The notes: generated by a model from the letters alone, not told the origin. Positions 30,673 to 50,014 are shown, counted from the stretch's first letter. The stretch is 64,000 nt of DNA from an uncultured Bacteroidales bacterium (GCA_963831935.1 CAWHSH010000014.1:192353-256352), one strand, 5' to 3'. Made by a program: numbers and translations.

Positions 30673-31805
30673 TTATTCAGCCACTTTAAATCCCAGCTCT
30701 TTGAGCTTTTTCTCAATATCCGGAGATCCCTCTTTCAGGGTGACTGTATAGGAAGTGAATTCCCGTCTTACCGGGTAATTTTCCCTTAATTTTTCGAAAT
30801 GTGACGGATCGAATCTCAGCTTGATGTCATCCTCAACAATATTATAGGTATGGAAGACAGCCTTTCTGATAATTTCTTCATCACTCTTTCCATAGCAGTC
30901 AATTGTCAGCGCGGGTTCGGCAGGCGCTGGAATTTCTTCAGGAAACCAATCGGCCAGCGGTAATATCAAAGAACCGGCACAGGTCCGTTACAATCATTGA
31001 AGTTCCATTCGCTTTGCCATCAACAGAATAGCCTGCAATGTGAGGTGTTGCCAGAAATGCTGTGTGCATAAGGGGAATGTCGATTTCCGGTTCTTTCTCC
31101 CAGACATCTATCACTGCACCAGCGAGCTTTTCTTCAGCGAGAGCATTTTTAAGAGCTTCTGTTTCAACTACCTCACCCCTTGATGAATTTATCAGCCAGG
31201 TTCCTTTCTTAATCTTTCCGAAAGTTGTTGCCATCGAAAAAATGATTCGTTTTATCCCTTCCATCCATATTAAGTGGCACATGAAGGGTAATTATATCAG
31301 ATTCCTTCAAGACGTTTTCAAGGCTGACAAAGATTTTAGTTCTTTCACTTCTTGCTCTGGGCGGGTCATTCAGTATCACTTTCATACCCAGGATCCCTGC
31401 CAGTTTCTGAACTTTTGAACCCACATTTCCCACTCCGACTATCCCAATTGTCTTATCTCTCAGGGAAAATCCCGATTCAGATGCAATCCTTAAAAGTGCA
31501 GCAGCAATATACTGCTGAACAGAGGATGAATTGCAGCCCGGAGCGTTGATCCATTTAATATTATTCTTTTCACAGTAGTCCGTGTCAATATGATCGAAGC
31601 CGATTGTGGCAGTGCCGATATACTTTACCGGGGTCCCTTCAAGAAGTTCAGAGTTGCACCGGGTCCTTGTCCTGACAAGCAGAGCATCAGCTTCCATTAC
31701 GGCTTTCCTGTTTATCTGATTACCAGTCAGATAAGTGATTTTTGCATAGGGTTCAAGAACACCTTTTAAAAAAGGAATTTTATCGTCAGCAATTATCCTT
31801 ATCAT
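30673..31805 (-). CDS. pdxB: 4-phosphoerythronate dehydrogenase; 2 frame changes
   Basis: MIRIIADDKIPFLKGVLEPYA... (ATG 31805), GIVGVGNVGSKV NAD motif, ...LINSSRGEVV..., ...ATPHIAGYS..., plus a PdxB-specific C-terminal dimerisation domain in 30673..30969. Confidence 0.85.
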
Positions 31806-31949
31806 AGAGTTCAGATTAACTTCTGAAAGGTAATAAATTTTGATTTTTTTCACTTCCTGAAGAACAAGAAAGTTTTTAATTTTTTCTGTTTACTAAACTT
31901 TTCGTAATATTTAGACAACTAACTTGGTTTTGTTATTAATTCATTTGCT

Positions 31950-32850
31950 ATGAAATCACATTTTACTCTTGCATTATTAATTTTAATTCCATTCTTCGGA
32001 ATTAAGGCACAAAAACCTGTCATTGTTTCAGACGACAGTCTTAAAATTGGCAACAGTTTATTACCCGGTTTGTCAGTGACAATACCTGAAGCTCAACTTT
32101 GATAAAACTATGAAAGTGTGGATAAGGGATCTTCAGTCAGGTACAAGATCAAAAGTGCTTACTGAGAACAATGAGATGACTATTTTTGGCGCCAAGATAA
32201 AAGCTATCAGCCCCAATCCGATAAATGTTTACAGCAAGCTGGTCAGTCTCGATTCAATGCTCCAGCTTTATCGTATGCATTTGAAAAGAAAAAGGACCTG
32301 TATGTTGATAAGATCCTCAGGTGAGGCCGATTATACTAAAGCCCAGGAATACCTGAAGGAGTTTGCCAAGGATCAGTATATTGAAGTTGCCAAAGATCAG
32401 GCTGATGCTGAAGAAAAGAAGCTTCGCGATCTTCAGAAGGAACTGTCGTCGCTTGAAAATGAAAAGTCGCGCATGCAGAAATCAATTCAGTCAAAAAATG
32501 CATCTATCCTGAGTGAAAAAGATAATATTACTATTCAGAATAATGAACTGAATACTGTTTCGGCTGCCCTTGTCGAACAGAATAATCTTCTTGCCGCCAT
32601 GGAGGCCGGACCAGCTCAAAAGGAAAAAGCCGATCAGATCAAGGATCTTGAAAAGAGGAAGAAAAAAGCTCTTAATTCAATAGAATCATCCGAGAATAAG
32701 ATCAACAGATTCAACTCCGACATAGACAAGGATAACAACGAAATACCAAGAAACGAAAGGATGCAGGAAAAGGTCAGGGAACAGATTATACAGCAGGAAG
32801 CTGTTTATCAGATTTATGCTGATAAACTGAAAAGGATCAAATCATATTAA
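31950..32850 (+). CDS. Secreted hypothetical protein with a long C-terminal coiled coil; 1-2 frame changes
   Basis: Signal peptide MKSHFTLALLILIPFFGIKAQ (ATG 31950). Continues in ORF 32110..32850 with heptad-rich, K/E/Q-rich sequence. No family recognised. Confidence 0.5.
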
Positions 32851-32856
32851 TATATT

Positions 32857-32951
32857 TCCTCTGTGGAAGTCTCTGAGCCCACTCTGTGGCTCTCAGGGAA
32901 CTTAAATCTGACACATTAGCCCACACAGAGGAGTCACAGAGGGTCACAGAG
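32857..32951. repeat. CTCTGTG/CACAGAG hairpin repeat, copy A3
   Basis: tcctctgtggaagtctctgagcccactctgtggctctcaggg...cccacacagaggagtcacagagggtcacagagc. Abuts the S46 stop codon (32952..32954). Confidence 0.75.
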
Positions 32952-35120
32952 CTATTCGATAATTTTCATTTCGTTCAACAGGTATCCCGCTCCCGCAAAT
33001 TTATCAATGATAAACAGTGCATACCTGATGTCGAGGCTTATATTCCGGCTCTGATCCGGATTATATGACATATCGCTGGCAACGCCTTCCCATGCCCTGT
33101 CGAAATTTATGCCGATAAGAAAGCCTTCGGCATTTATTACGGGACTTCCTGAATTACCTCCGGTTGTGTGGTTGTTTGCAATGAAGCACACCGGCAATTC
33201 TCCGTTTTGCGCATAACGTCCGTAATCGCGCTTTAAAAATAATTGTTTCAGCTTTTCGGGAACATCATAATCATAAATCTCCGGATTGTCCTTTTCAATG
33301 ATGCCTTCAAGAGTTGAGACCGGTTCAAAATAAACAGCATCCCTGGGGAAAATAACCTTTCACTGTACCGTAGGCAACCCTCAGTGTCGAATTGGCATCG
33401 GGATAAAATACTTTTGAGGTATCGAATTCCATTTGCACCTGCATGTAAGCCCTGTTAAGTTTTTGAATTTCAGAATTTAGTCTGACCAGTTCCGGTAGTA
33501 CATTTTCTGACAGGAAGTTACCGGCATCAACGGAAAGAACATACAGGGGATCTTTCTTCAGCCTGTTTACTGACCGGATTCCAAAATTTGTTACGAATGC
33601 AGTAAATTTCGACTGATCAGCAAAGATTGTGCGCTTATATATTTTGCCGACAATTCCTGCAAAGTTACTCTTACATGATCTTTTCAGCTTCAGATATTCA
33701 GGAGCCAGCCATTTTTCTTCAAGTGTTTCACCATAGCGTTTGCATAAGCGTACAAATAATTTCATGTCGGTTTGCCGGTCATAATCCTTGAAGAATTCCT
33801 TTGAGTACTCAATAAGATCGGACTTCAATTTTATTGCTGCTTCATCGTCGGTGTTCTTCTCAAAGAGGTCGGAAAGCCGTTTGAGGCTCCTGGCAAGCGT
33901 CATTGCCTCGATGCCGTTCATAACTTCGTTTGTAAAGCTGTTAACGAGCATGTATTCCCTTAGGTTCCGAGTAAGCTTCCTTGTACGAAGGAAGAATATT
34001 ACTGAATTCTGGCTGTTCTTACATTATCTAGTCTTCAATCCATTTTGTCAGCCTTGCTTCAAATTCCTGCTTTTTGCCTATAGTGTTCATTCTTTCAAGT
34101 CCCTGAATCTCCCCTATCCATCTTCTTCCATGAATTTGAAATGCCGGCCTTTTTCGCAGAATACTGTATTCTGATCAATGGATCGGAGTTCATTGCTTCA
34201 TCGATTATATCTATCTTTTTTGTCCTTATATCTATCATTTTCGGATCAATATAATTTTTTATCATATCGATATAGTACGACGGTACATACTCTGATGTTG
34301 AACCCGGATAGCCAAATACCATTGTGAAGTCGCCCTCTTTAATACCCCTGAGCGAGACAGGAAAGTAATAAGCAGGCTTGTACGGAACATTATCAATGGA
34401 ATATTCCGCCGGCTGGTTATTCTGGTCTGCATAAATCCTGAACAGGGAAAAATCACCTGTATGACGGGGCCAGATCCAGTTGTCGGTATCACCGCCAAAT
34501 TTGCCGATAGCTGAGGGCGGAGCTCCAACAAGACGGACATCGCGGAATGTTTCATTTACAAAAAGGAAATACTGATTGCCCATATAAAATGGCCGTACAA
34601 TTGCCCTGTAACCGGTTCCTTCTACGGCTTTTTGCTGGATCTCTGTAATTCTTGATGAAATAAGCTTATCACGCTCATCCGGCTCCATATTATCCGTTAC
34701 ACCTTCCAGGACCTTCCCTGTAACATCCTCCATCCATTTAAGAAATGTAACGGTAACACCGGGATTTGGAAGCTCTTCCTGCTTTGACATTGCCCAGAAA
34801 CCGTTAGTGAGATAATCATGCTCCAGGCTCGAGTGTTCCTGTATCTGGCTGTAACCGCAATGATGATTTGTTATAAGCAGCCCCTGGCCGGAGATCAGCT
34901 CTGCCGTGCAGCCGCCATTGAAGTTCACGACAGCATCTTTCATACAAGCCCGGTTAACGCTGTAAATATCTTCAGCTGAAAGCTTAAATCCTTTTTCGCG
35001 CATCAGTTTGATGTTGTATTTCCCGATCAGAAGAGGGATCCAGATGCCCTCATCAGGAATTGATGAAAAGCAGGAATAAAGAGTCAGAATCAGAGCCGAA
35101 GTAAGTAATGTTCTTTTCAT
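32952..35120 (-). CDS. S46-family dipeptidyl-peptidase (DPP7/DPP11-like); at least 3 frame changes
   Basis: Signal peptide then DEGIWIPLL; catalytic His context LLITNHHCGY; catalytic Ser context TTGGNSGSPVINAEG. Fragments 34095..35120, 33325..33951 and 32952..33197. Confidence 0.9.
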
Positions 35121-35170
35121 ACGAGGAAGTTAAAATTGGTTTAAAGTTTAAGGTTTTGTTTGATTTTTTA

Positions 35171-35268
35171 GTTTCACAGAGAACACGGAGAAGGCACAGA
35201 GATGCACAGAGGTTCAATTTGATTCGCTCTGCGGAACTCTGTGAAACCTCTGTGATCCTCTGTGCAAG
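35171..35268. repeat. CACAGAG/CTCTGTG repeat, copy A4 (arms in the opposite order to A1-A3)
   Basis: tttcacagagaacacggagaaggcacagagatgcacagagg ttcaatttgatt cgctctgcggaactctgtgaaacctctgtgatcctctgtgcaag. Confidence 0.75.
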
Positions 35269-35311
35269 TTTTTATTTTGGTGAATCATTTTATAATATCA
35301 ATTGTTTAAAA

Positions 35312-35408
35312 AACCCAACCCAAACCCTTCCCAGGGAGGGTTTGTTAAATAATCAAATTAAGCCCCCTTCAGGCCTGCCCTGACCGGAGCGTCAGGGGGG
35401 TTGGGGTT
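35312..35408. repeat. GC-rich compound repeat (terminal inverted repeat AACCCAACCC ... GGGGTTGGGGTT; hairpins CAAACCCTTCC/GGAGGGTTTG and CCCTGAC/GTCAGGG)
   Basis: Read directly. Overlaps the last ~17 codons and the stop of maf. Confidence 0.7.
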
Positions 35409-35990
35409 AATAAACTTCTGCAATTCCTGATATACCTGATGAACCGGTAATCCCATTACATTGAAATACGATCCTTCTATCCTGCTGCACGCGGCAATCC
35501 CGATCCATTCCTGAATGCCATAGGCTCCGGCTTTATCATAAGGCATGAATTTTTCTATATAATAATCTATTTCATCATCAGAAAGCTTCTCAAATGTAAC
35601 CTGGGTTGAGGTATAAAAAGAGGTTTGATTTTTTGATGAAAGAAGGCAGACACCTGTTATTACTTCGTGCGTATTACCGGAAATCTCACTCAGAATTTTA
35701 TGAGCATCAGTCTTATCGACCGGTTTATCGAGTACTTTGTTATTGCACCAGACAATTGTATCGGCAGTAATAACAATTTCGTTGTCCCCTATTTCGGCCA
35801 GGAAAGTTTTTGCCTTTTCAGTTGCAACATAAAGGGCAATCTGTTCAGCCCTCAGGTTCAGCGGATAATCCTCCGGCCAGTTCCTTGTTGCCACTTCGAA
35901 TCTCAGGCCAAGCTCTTTTAATAACTCCTGTCTTCTCGGTGAACGGGAGGCCAGAATTAACCTGTATTTATTCAGATTTTCGATAAACAT
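35358..35990 (-). CDS. maf: Maf-family nucleoside triphosphate pyrophosphatase; the C-terminal tail is encoded by a repeat element
   Basis: 210-aa ORF: LILASRSPRRQELLKELG..., ...TADTIV..., ...KAGAYGIQE... The tail ...INPNPPDAPVRAGLKGA* lies inside repeat 35312..35408. Confidence 0.85.
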   Translation of the reverse strand: MFIENLNKYRLILASRSPRRQELLKELGLRFEVATRNWPEDYPLNLRAEQIALYVATEKAKTFLAEIGDNEIVITADTIVWCNNKVLDKPVDKTDAHKILSEISGNTHEVITGVCLLSSKNQTSFYTSTQVTFEKLSDDEIDYYIEKFMPYDKAGAYGIQEWIGIAACSRIEGSYFNVMGLPVHQVYQELQKFINPNPPDAPVRAGLKGA

Positions 35991-35991
35991 A

Positions 35992-36975
35992 TCACAAAAG
36001 ATTCCAGCCGAGGATAATCTTCACGACGACAGAATAAAGAACACCTGCTATCATAACAATTTTCATGATTCTTCCGGCGATATGGAGTTGTCTCTTAGTC
36101 TTGCCAACAATTAATTGATAGACAACATACAACAATGGCAATACCAATGTGGCGGAAATATATACCAGAGTGATTTTATCATAAAGAAAAAAATACCAGA
36201 CCAGATAGAGTAATACGATGGTTATTATGATAAGGGATATTGATAAGATCCTGGCGGTTTTGGTACCTATTACTACCGGAACGGTATTTCTTCCATAAGC
36301 CATATCACCTTCAAAATCTTCAATATCCTTAATAATTTCCCTTGTAAGAGTAGTCAGAAAGGCAAAAACGGAGAATCCACCCACCCAATAAAATATAATA
36401 CCAAGCTGGGGAGGGGTTATGGCATTTACCGAATAGTACCTGTAAAGAGCCGGCCATTCGTAAATGGCCACCAGCATCGGGACCATTGCGGTCAGCAAGG
36501 CCACGACGAGGTTTCCGACCAAAAATTGCCGCTTATAGCTTGCGGAATAGAAATAAAGCAATCCTGAGACCATCAGGAACAGGATTCCCAGCCATAAGAA
36601 GCCCGCTTTCCAGGAAATGTAGAAACCGGCAATTACACCCATGATATTCAGGATGTTATGCCAAAGTATTGCATGACGCCTCGGGATTTTGGTACCTACG
36701 ATTACCTCGCCCCTGTTTATAAGGTCGGTTTTAATATCAAAGTAATCATTAATTACGTATCCCCCTGCTGTCAGGAGCAATGTCGTAAAAACAAGAATTA
36801 CGAAATCATACCATGGGAATTTCAGGGTTAAGGTTACCGCCTGGCCGGTTCCGTCTGCCAGGACAACGGATATTTTGCTTATCACCGGTTCGATAATGGC
36901 ATATCTCATAAGTACCATTGTAAGTACAATTATCAAAAGATTCTGCCATCTTATAAGGCTAAGAAAAGCTTTCAT
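35992..36975 (-). CDS. UbiA-family prenyltransferase (geranylgeranylglycerol-phosphate transferase-like)
   Basis: Intact 327-aa polytopic ORF with the UbiA motif region (GGYVINDYFDIKTDLINR). Confidence 0.75.
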   Translation of the reverse strand: MKAFLSLIRWQNLLIIVLTMVLMRYAIIEPVISKISVVLADGTGQAVTLTLKFPWYDFVILVFTTLLLTAGGYVINDYFDIKTDLINRGEVIVGTKIPRRHAILWHNILNIMGVIAGFYISWKAGFLWLGILFLMVSGLLYFYSASYKRQFLVGNLVVALLTAMVPMLVAIYEWPALYRYYSVNAITPPQLGIIFYWVGGFSVFAFLTTLTREIIKDIEDFEGDMAYGRNTVPVVIGTKTARILSISLIIITIVLLYLVWYFFLYDKITLVYISATLVLPLLYVVYQLIVGKTKRQLHIAGRIMKIVMIAGVLYSVVVKIILGWNLL

Positions 36976-36978
36976 ATG

Positions 36979-37503
36979 CTACCATGTAAATGCGTCATTA
37001 TCCATCCAGTTATTATGGAGCCTCAAAACCTGCTCAATAACATCCCTTACACATCCTTCACCTCCCTTTTTATCCGAAATATATAAAGCAATCTGCTTAA
37101 TCTCACTATCAGCATCAGCCGGACAAACCGGCACTCCCGATTCCTTCATGACCCTGTAGTCGGGAATATCGTCACCCATAAACATGACTTCCGATCTCAC
37201 CAGACTGTGTTTGCGGAGAAAGGCGTTGAAATGCTCAAGCTTTGAACGGCTGTTAAGGAACACCTCTTTAATTCCGAGAAGCTTAAGCCTTTTAAGGTAT
37301 TCTTTTGAATTGCACCCGGAGATTATTGATATATGATAGCCTTTTCTTACGGCCAGTTGCAGGGCGTATCCATCACGAAAATTAACTGTTCTTTTCGGTA
37401 CTCCGAAAGCGTTAAGGGGAACAGTCTGCAACGACAAAACGCCATCGATATCAAATACAAATGCCTTAATGCTCGCAAGACTCTCCTTAAAATTTGTCAT
37501 CAC
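36979..37503 (-). CDS. kdsC: KDO 8-phosphate phosphatase (HAD-IIIA, YrbI family)
   Basis: Intact 174-aa ORF: FVFDIDGVLS..., ...MGDDIPDY..., ...CPADA... Confidence 0.8.
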   Translation of the reverse strand: MMTNFKESLASIKAFVFDIDGVLSLQTVPLNAFGVPKRTVNFRDGYALQLAVRKGYHISIISGCNSKEYLKRLKLLGIKEVFLNSRSKLEHFNAFLRKHSLVRSEVMFMGDDIPDYRVMKESGVPVCPADADSEIKQIALYISDKKGGEGCVRDVIEQVLRLHNNWMDNDAFTW

Positions 37504-38280
37504 TGCTGGTTTTATAGAATCGTATTATTGAATCTGTTACTTCTTTGTAGATCCGCTGCAATTCCGGTGAGAAAGATAACAAATCAATATGTTTTTCAAT
37601 AGTTCCTTTATCGAGCCTTAATGCAGGTCCGGTCTGTGATTTTACAGGACCAATCTCCCGGGCTTTCATAATGGTTTCATTTATAAGAGGATACAAAACT
37701 TCGAACGGTAATCCGGTTTTCATGATAGCCTGGCTGCCGCAGTAAGCATGTAGTTAGTAAAATTACAAACGAAGACCGCTGCGACATGAAGTAATCTTCT
37801 GTGTTCAGTATCAATAAAATATGGAATTCCTTCCATTGATTCCGACCAGGTTCTTCAGTATTCCTGAAGCACCTGGGTCTGATGCTTCCAGAAAAAAGGG
37901 AAGCCCTTTAAAATCTATTTTCCGGTCTTTCTGTAAATGTCTGCAAAGGATAAAAAACACCCTTATGGCTGATATGGGCCGGGAATATATCCAGGCCGAG
38001 GCTTCCGGCCGTATGTGCAACCAGGGTATCACAGAGCACTGTATATTGTGCAGGACATCTTTCAGTTTATCATCGGGAACCGCCGCAATAATTACGTCAG
38101 AGGAATCGGCAAAATCAGGATCCAGCGACCAGGAAGCATCGCAAAAGCGGCGAGAGCCCGACTGCTTTTTTCAGTTCCTGATACAATCTTCTGAATTTTA
38201 CAGCCGGCGTTAAACAAATACCGGCACAAAGCATCGGATACTCTGCCTGCACCGACAAATGATATCCTGTATTGCTCCAA
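37487..38280 (-). CDS. Rossmann-fold / DUF2520 domain protein; at least 3 frame changes
   Basis: N-terminus MEQYRISFVGAGRVSDALCRYL (38092..38280). C-terminal DUF2520-like part ...SQTGPALRLDKGTIEKHIDLL (37487..37723). The middle part is recoverable in shifted frames. Confidence 0.6.
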
Positions 38281-38314
38281 AGAATTTTTTCTGAAAGATA
38301 CGAAATAGATACAT

Positions 38315-38340
38315 AAAAACCCCCTCCGGGGGGAAGGGGG
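38315..38340 (-). terminator. Intrinsic terminator after DUF3467 (end of the rpoBC transcription unit)
   Basis: Minus-strand RNA: CCCCC(C)GGAGGGGG followed by UUUUU (the + strand reads aaaaacccccTCCgggggg). Confidence 0.65.
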
Positions 38341-38387
38341 TAAATCCAGACTTAAAACAAATCTCTGTATAAGTAATTACTTTAAAA

Positions 38388-38705
38388 TCAAGCCTGTGCA
38401 GTTGGTCCTCCGAATGTCATGGGGAGAACAGGTGTCGATCCCTTGATCTCCTTGATTTTACCATGAACGGATTCATATTTGGCAATATTATCCTCAAGCG
38501 CTGATACAAGCCGTTTTGCATGTTCAGGAGTGAGGATTATCCTCGATTTGACTTGTGCTTTCGGTATTCCGGGCATTATACGTACAAAGTCGACAACAAA
38601 TTCTGAAGCCGAATGAGTAATTACTGCCAGGTTAGAGTAGGTTCCCTGACCTACTTCTTCATTCAGTTCTATGCTGATCTGATTAGGATTCTTCGGATCT
38701 GACAT
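38388..38705 (-). CDS. DUF3467 domain protein
   Basis: Intact 105-aa ORF in the Bacteroidota-typical position just after rpoC (..YSNLAVITHSASEFVVDFV...RIILTPEHAKRL..). Confidence 0.8.
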   Translation of the reverse strand: MSDPKNPNQISIELNEEVGQGTYSNLAVITHSASEFVVDFVRIMPGIPKAQVKSRIILTPEHAKRLVSALEDNIAKYESVHGKIKEIKGSTPVLPMTFGGPTAQA

Positions 38706-38722
38706 AACTTGCTTTATTAAGT

Positions 38723-43014
<4,292 letters not shown>

Positions 43015-43059
43015 ATATTAATTTTTTTTCAACATTTAAACACAAATTGGCCCGGAATG

Positions 43060-46871
<3,812 letters not shown>

Positions 46872-46919
46872 TTATAAAAGGATTAAGTGAACTTATAATT
46901 AAAAGAACGAAAAGGTCCA

Positions 46920-46939
46920 GTTCCGCCAGCAGGCGGAAC
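46920..46939 (-). terminator. rplL-rpoB intergenic hairpin (attenuator/partial terminator candidate)
   Basis: Perfect 8-bp stem gttccgcc-agca-ggcggaac. On the minus-strand RNA it is followed by a U-rich stretch (cuuuucguucuuuu). Confidence 0.5.
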
Positions 46940-46969
46940 TAAACCTAAAACCTTAAAAACAGGTATAAC

Positions 46970-47347
46970 TTATTTAAGTTCAACTTCAGCTCCTGCTTCT
47001 ACCAATTGACCTTTAATAGCTTCTGCTTCATCTTTTGATACACCTTCTTTCACGGGAGCCGGGGCAGAATCAACAACTGCTTTGGCTTCTTTCAGTCCAA
47101 GACCGGTGATATCCTTAACTAATTTAACAATCTGTAATTTCTGACCACCGGCTGCTTTAAGAATAACGTCAAACGTTGATTTCTCTTCAGCTTTTGGTGC
47201 CTCGCCGCCTGCAGCGGGACCTGCAACTGCTACTGCTGTTGCGGCAGGTTCAATTCCATACTCTTCTTTCAGTATTTTAGCAAGTTCGTTTACCTCTTTA
47301 ACAGACAGGTTTACCAGTTCTTCTGCAAATTTCTTAAGATCTGCCAT
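46970..47347 (-). CDS. rplL: 50S ribosomal protein L7/L12
   Basis: Intact 125-aa ORF, unmistakable L7/L12 sequence. Confidence 0.97.
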   Translation of the reverse strand: MADLKKFAEELVNLSVKEVNELAKILKEEYGIEPAATAVAVAGPAAGGEAPKAEEKSTFDVILKAAGGQKLQIVKLVKDITGLGLKEAKAVVDSAPAPVKEGVSKDEAEAIKGQLVEAGAEVELK

Positions 47348-47381
47348 TTTTTTTATTTAATTTAATTTGATTATACTTTAA

Positions 47382-47903
47382 TTACTTTTCTTTTTTTGAT
47401 AGTGTTTCAAGAACACCATGCAATTTATTCCCGCCTGATTGCAAGGCTGATACAACATTTCTGGCAGGTGACTGGAGGAGGAGGATTATATCCCCTATCA
47501 GTTCCTGTTTAGTTTTTACGGAGATAAGCATATCGAGCATTTTGTCTCCGATAAAAACTGATTCCTGAACGTATGCACCTTTCAGAACAGGCTTATCATG
47601 CTGTTTCCGGAATTCCTTTATAAGTTTGGCTGGAACGTTTCCGGATTGAGCGAACATGATGGATGTGGTACCTTTCAGAACCGGATATAGTTCTTCAAAG
47701 TTACCTTCAGACATTTCGAGTGCTCTTTTAAGGAGAGTGTTTTTGACGACAATAAGCTTAATATCATGTTCAAAACACTTTCTTCTCAGGTCACTTGTGT
47801 CAGCGGCGTTAAGCTGAGCAGTATCAGTCAGATAAAAGTGGCTGTACTCTTTTAACTTCTCAGCAAGGCTGTCAATGATAGCGTTTTTTTCTTCCCGTCT
47901 CAT
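47382..47903 (-). CDS. rplJ: 50S ribosomal protein L10
   Basis: Intact 173-aa ORF in the conserved rplJ-rplL position. Confidence 0.95.
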   Translation of the reverse strand: MRREEKNAIIDSLAEKLKEYSHFYLTDTAQLNAADTSDLRRKCFEHDIKLIVVKNTLLKRALEMSEGNFEELYPVLKGTTSIMFAQSGNVPAKLIKEFRKQHDKPVLKGAYVQESVFIGDKMLDMLISVKTKQELIGDIILLLQSPARNVVSALQSGGNKLHGVLETLSKKEK

Positions 47904-47929
47904 AATTTCTTCGAGTTTAGCTTAACAGT

Positions 47930-48625
47930 TTAATCATCAAGACCTTTTGGATCAATCTTAATCCCCGGGCTCATTGTGCTTGAGAGGAACATACTGCGAA
48001 TGTAGGTTCCTTTGGCAGCAGCCGGTTTCAGTTTGTTTACCATCTGGATAAACTCCCTTGCATTCTCGACGATCTTTTGTGCCTCGAAAGAGACTTTTCC
48101 GATTGAGGCATGAATGATTCCGCTTTTATCTACTTTGAAATCAATCTTGCCCTGTTTAACTTCTTTAACAGCCTTACCAATTTCCATTGTAACAGTTCCA
48201 CTTTTGGGGTTCGGCATCAGTCCGCGAGGACCGAGTATCCGACCTAACTGACCGACCTTGCCCATTACGGATGGCATGGTTATGATAACATCAACATCTG
48301 TCCAGCCAGCTTTGATCTTTTCGATAAATTCATCAAGACCAACATGATCAGCTCCGGCGCTTTTTGCTTCTGCCTCCTTGTCAGGAGTGCAAAGGACCAG
48401 CACCCGTGTCTGTTTCCCTGTTCCGTGAGGAAGTGAAACAACACCGCGGACCATCTGATTGGATTTCCTTGGATCGATACCTAACCTTACATCCAGGTCG
48501 ATGGAAGCATCAAATTTTGTCGTGGTAATTTCTTTCACCATCGACGATGCTTCTGTCAACGTATAAAGCTTGTTCCTGTCGAGTTTATCGAAGGCAAGCT
48601 TCTGGTTTTTGGTAAGTTTAGTCAT
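47930..48625 (-). CDS. rplA: 50S ribosomal protein L1
   Basis: Intact 231-aa ORF with typical L1 sequence. Confidence 0.97.
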   Translation of the reverse strand: MTKLTKNQKLAFDKLDRNKLYTLTEASSMVKEITTTKFDASIDLDVRLGIDPRKSNQMVRGVVSLPHGTGKQTRVLVLCTPDKEAEAKSAGADHVGLDEFIEKIKAGWTDVDVIITMPSVMGKVGQLGRILGPRGLMPNPKSGTVTMEIGKAVKEVKQGKIDFKVDKSGIIHASIGKVSFEAQKIVENAREFIQMVNKLKPAAAKGTYIRSMFLSSTMSPGIKIDPKGLDD

Positions 48626-48636
48626 TTTTCTCCTAA

Positions 48637-49077
48637 TTAATTATTACCGGGTTCACCTTTAATGGTGATTCCCATACTTCTTGCGGTACCGGCTACCATC
48701 TTCATGGCCGACTCGATTGTAAAACAATTCAGGTCTTCCATTTTTTCCTTTGCAATTGATTTGATCTGGTCCCAGGTAACGGTTGCCACTTTTTCCCTGT
48801 TGGGTTCTTTTGAACCTTTCTTGGATTTGGCAACCTCAAGAAGCTGTACAGCTACCGGAGGTGTTTTTGTAACAAAATCAAATGATTTGTCAGCATAAAC
48901 AGTTATAACAACCGGTATTACTTTTCCAGCTTTGTCCTGAGTCCTCGCATTAAATTGCTTACAGAAATCCATGATATTGACACCTTTTGATCCAAGTGCA
49001 GGACCAACAGGTGGTGATGGATTAGCTGCTCCGCCACGAATTTGTAATTTGATAATTCCAGCAACTTCTTTAGCCAT
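48637..49077 (-). CDS. rplK: 50S ribosomal protein L11
   Basis: Intact 146-aa ORF (..[21 protein letters not shown]..). Confidence 0.97.
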   Translation of the reverse strand: MAKEVAGIIKLQIRGGAANPSPPVGPALGSKGVNIMDFCKQFNARTQDKAGKVIPVVITVYADKSFDFVTKTPPVAVQLLEVAKSKKGSKEPNREKVATVTWDQIKSIAKEKMEDLNCFTIESAMKMVAGTARSMGITIKGEPGNN

Positions 49078-49160
49078 AATTTAAAATTTGCTTATTTATT
49101 GCGAGAGCTTGACAGTCATTCAGGAAGCATTATGATTATTACAACTGTCAATATCTTCTG

Positions 49161-49709
49161 TTAATTTTCCTTTTCTACCTGCATAAAACTTAGCTCAAGT
49201 GGCGTTTTTCTGCCAAAGATCTTTACCATTACCTTGAGTTTTTTCTTTTCATCATTCACCTCTTCAATAATCCCTGTAAAGCTGTTGAATGGTCCGTCAA
49301 TCACTTTTACCGATTCACCAACAAAGAAGGGGACATTTAGTTCTTCATCGCTTGCATTAAGTTCGTCCACTTTCCCAAGTATCCTGTTAATTTCCGATTT
49401 TCTCAGGGGAACGGGTTCTCCGTTCTGAGAACCCAGGAATCCGATGACATTGGGTATATTTCTCAAAAGGTGGGGTATTTCACCGACCAGCACGGCTTCG
49501 ACGAGAACATAGCCAGGGAAGAAGGTTCTCTCCTTGCTTATTTTCTTGCCGGATCTTATCTGGTAGACTTTTTCGGTCGGGATAAGGACCTGGGAGACAT
49601 ATTCTTCAAGCTTAAGGCGGGTAATCTCATTTTCAATGTATTCCTTTACCTTTTTCTCCTTCCCCCCAATCGCCCGAAGCACGTACCACTTCTTTACATT
49701 CTCGCTCAT
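49161..49709 (-). CDS. nusG: Transcription termination/antitermination factor NusG
   Basis: Intact 182-aa ORF with NGN and KOW domains ([14 protein letters not shown]...). Confidence 0.95.
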   Translation of the reverse strand: MSENVKKWYVLRAIGGKEKKVKEYIENEITRLKLEEYVSQVLIPTEKVYQIRSGKKISKERTFFPGYVLVEAVLVGEIPHLLRNIPNVIGFLGSQNGEPVPLRKSEINRILGKVDELNASDEELNVPFFVGESVKVIDGPFNSFTGIIEEVNDEKKKLKVMVKIFGRKTPLELSFMQVEKEN

Positions 49710-49727
49710 CGGAACATGATCTCCTTT

Positions 49728-49919
49728 TTAATATAACAAACTGTATATGAATTGCATTATCCTGCTAAAGCCCAGGTCCATAACAGCAACTATCAGAGCA
49801 ATGATCAATGTTGCAACGAGGACAAGAACACCGCTGTTCTGCAGTTCGCTCCATGTTGGCCAGGTGACCTTGTGTATCAGCTCAGTATAAGATTCCCTGA
49901 AATATCCTTTTAAATCCAT
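49728..49919 (-). CDS. secE: Preprotein translocase subunit SecE
   Basis: Internal start MDLKGYFRESYTELIHKVTWPTWSELQ... plus one TM helix. The listed 102-aa ORF extension overlaps tRNA-Trp and is rejected. Confidence 0.85.
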   Translation of the reverse strand: MDLKGYFRESYTELIHKVTWPTWSELQNSGVLVLVATLIIALIVAVMDLGFSRIMQFIYSLLY

Positions 49920-49942
49920 TGTCAGTACTTTATTTAATCTGC

Positions 49943-50014
49943 ACGGGAGGAGAGACTCGAACTCCCGACACCTGGTTTTGGAGACCAGTGCTCTACCAAC
50001 TGAGCTACACCCGT
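49943..50014 (-). tRNA. tRNA-Trp (anticodon CCA)
   Basis: Cloverleaf folded by hand: ACGGGTG-TA-GCTC..GAGC-A-CTGGT-CTCCAAA-ACCAG-...GGGAG-TTCGAGT-CTCTC-CTCCCGT-G. One U6:U67 acceptor mismatch. Confidence 0.85.

Noticed and set aside
49078-49160. Inverted repeat TTGACAGT-N27-ACTGTCAA between nusG and rplK as the L1/L11 autoregulatory leader.
   Set aside because: This is plausible by position, but I cannot show resemblance to the L1-binding rRNA-mimic structure by eye. I left it unannotated.
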